A stretch of 24,000 nucleotides of DNA. Source: Deltaproteobacteria bacterium (GTDB taxonomy: Bacteria; Desulfobacterota; Syntrophorhabdia; Syntrophorhabdales; Syntrophorhabdaceae). The stretch spans positions 1,814 through 25,813 of the forward strand of contig JAKORG010000039.1 in NCBI GenBank assembly GCA_029777945.1, in the 5' to 3' direction. A program made the translations under genes and the position numbers. Under the pieces are notes generated by a model, which was given only the letters and a program-made list of their open reading frames with translations, was not told where the DNA came from and did no database searches. Below, piece after piece: positions 23,498 to 24,000 of the stretch; within the stretch, counting starts at the first letter, position 1, and the number at the start of each line of letters is the position of its first letter.

Positions 23498-24000
23498 TCA
23501 TGAGATGTTTCTGTGTATATAAACTGTTAGATCAGCCATTCTGTTTGTATAGCTTCCATATTCATTATCATACCAGCCAAATATTTTTGCATGAACAACG
23601 GGTATCTTAAGGCTGTTTACAGTATTCTTTATTGCATCAGGCAAATCTGGGATATTAGATAAATCTATATTAATAAAGGCTGTTCTTGTGTGATTAAACT
23701 GACCTTCTATGACTATTGCAGCATTAACACCTATCAAATCTGAAGAGACGTTCTGCTCTTCTGAATATATAAGAAGATGTTCAGGATCGTTTTCCCATGC
23801 CTTTTTATAAATACTGTTTATCAATTTTGTGGTAATAGGCTGCACTGATCTATCTTTTGTGGGGTTTGCCTGAAATGTTACGTTTAACACAATAAGGGAT
23901 TCAGTATTTACAGGCACGCGGATGGAATCTGCCATGAAACCTATATTTTGGACTTCAGGTATAACCTGACTCAGTGCCTCTGCTGCATTTGTGGACGTAA
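23498..24000 (-). CDS. gap: Glyceraldehyde-3-phosphate dehydrogenase family protein, divergent type (N-terminus beyond the right window edge)
   Basis: The frame stays open from 23935 to 24000 (TSTNAAEALSQVIPEVQNIGF precedes the track's Met). ADSIRVPVNTESLIVLNV corresponds to the RVPTxNVSxVDL strand. WYDNEYG is the C-terminal GAPDH signature. Confidence 0.8.
   Translation of the reverse strand, partial: TSTNAAEALSQVIPEVQNIGFMADSIRVPVNTESLIVLNVTFQANPTKDRSVQPITTKLINSIYKKAWENDPEHLLIYSEEQNVSSDLIGVNAAIVIEGQFNHTRTAFINIDLSNIPDLPDAIKNTVNSLKIPVVHAKIFGWYDNEYGSYTNRMADLTVYIHRNIS

Noticed and set aside
1-24000. Search for CRISPR repeats, IS/transposase or integrase genes, toxin-antitoxin or other defence modules, in-frame TGA (selenocysteine) interruptions and frameshifted pseudogenes
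   Set aside because: No regularly spaced direct repeats were found. No recombinase-like, nuclease-like or ATPase-like ORFs of unknown context were found. All large ORFs are intact, with gaps too short to hide split genes. The window appears to be core chromosome rather than an accessory island.

Overview
AT-rich, gene-dense bacterial chromosomal window with about 31 protein genes and one tRNA. I saw no rRNA, CRISPR array, transposase/integrase or phage genes. The content is mostly housekeeping, arranged in long co-directional strings. Positions 1-9072 (minus strand) carry yggS(partial)-maf-ftsY-Zn-ribbon-BamE-like lipoprotein-tsaC/sua5-tatA-cca-tandem LPS-kinase-2 paralogous glycosyltransferases. 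Positions 9317-12479 (plus) carry a stand-alone radical-SAM protein, a 488-bp non-coding gap, then YeeE/YedE transporter, TusA-like protein and a periplasmic thioredoxin. Positions 12497-15959 (minus) carry a signal-less SpoIID-like protein, MurU-like and AmgK-like proteins, and CutA. Positions 16070-19587 (minus) carry an AGXT-type aminotransferase, serA, a terminator and a HAD phosphatase. A 57-aa 2x[4Fe-4S] ferredoxin absent from the ORF track lies at 19742-19915 (plus). It converges on a membrane cytochrome-b-like/HdrD-like Fe-S oxidoreductase at 19988-21985 (minus). The remainder holds tRNA-Val(GAC) with a near-consensus promoter, a DUF486/DMT protein, a GAF-DHp protein lacking a kinase catalytic domain, and a partial divergent GAPDH. 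LPS genes, a BamE-like lipoprotein and TatA suggest a diderm; the Fe-S and sulfur genes suggest an anaerobe (inference only). I did not find a clear multi-gene defence or mobile system. The most unexplained signal is the 488-bp rSAM-yeeE spacer. It holds a strand-asymmetric array of ATCCYT/ARGGAT hexamers, a 12-bp long-range helix, a strongly SD-preceded 11-codon mini-ORF and purine-rich tandem repeats. These point to an undescribed regulatory RNA, either a structured yeeE leader or an antisense CsrA-sponge-like sRNA. All functional calls rest on motifs I recognised by eye in the translations; no database search was possible.
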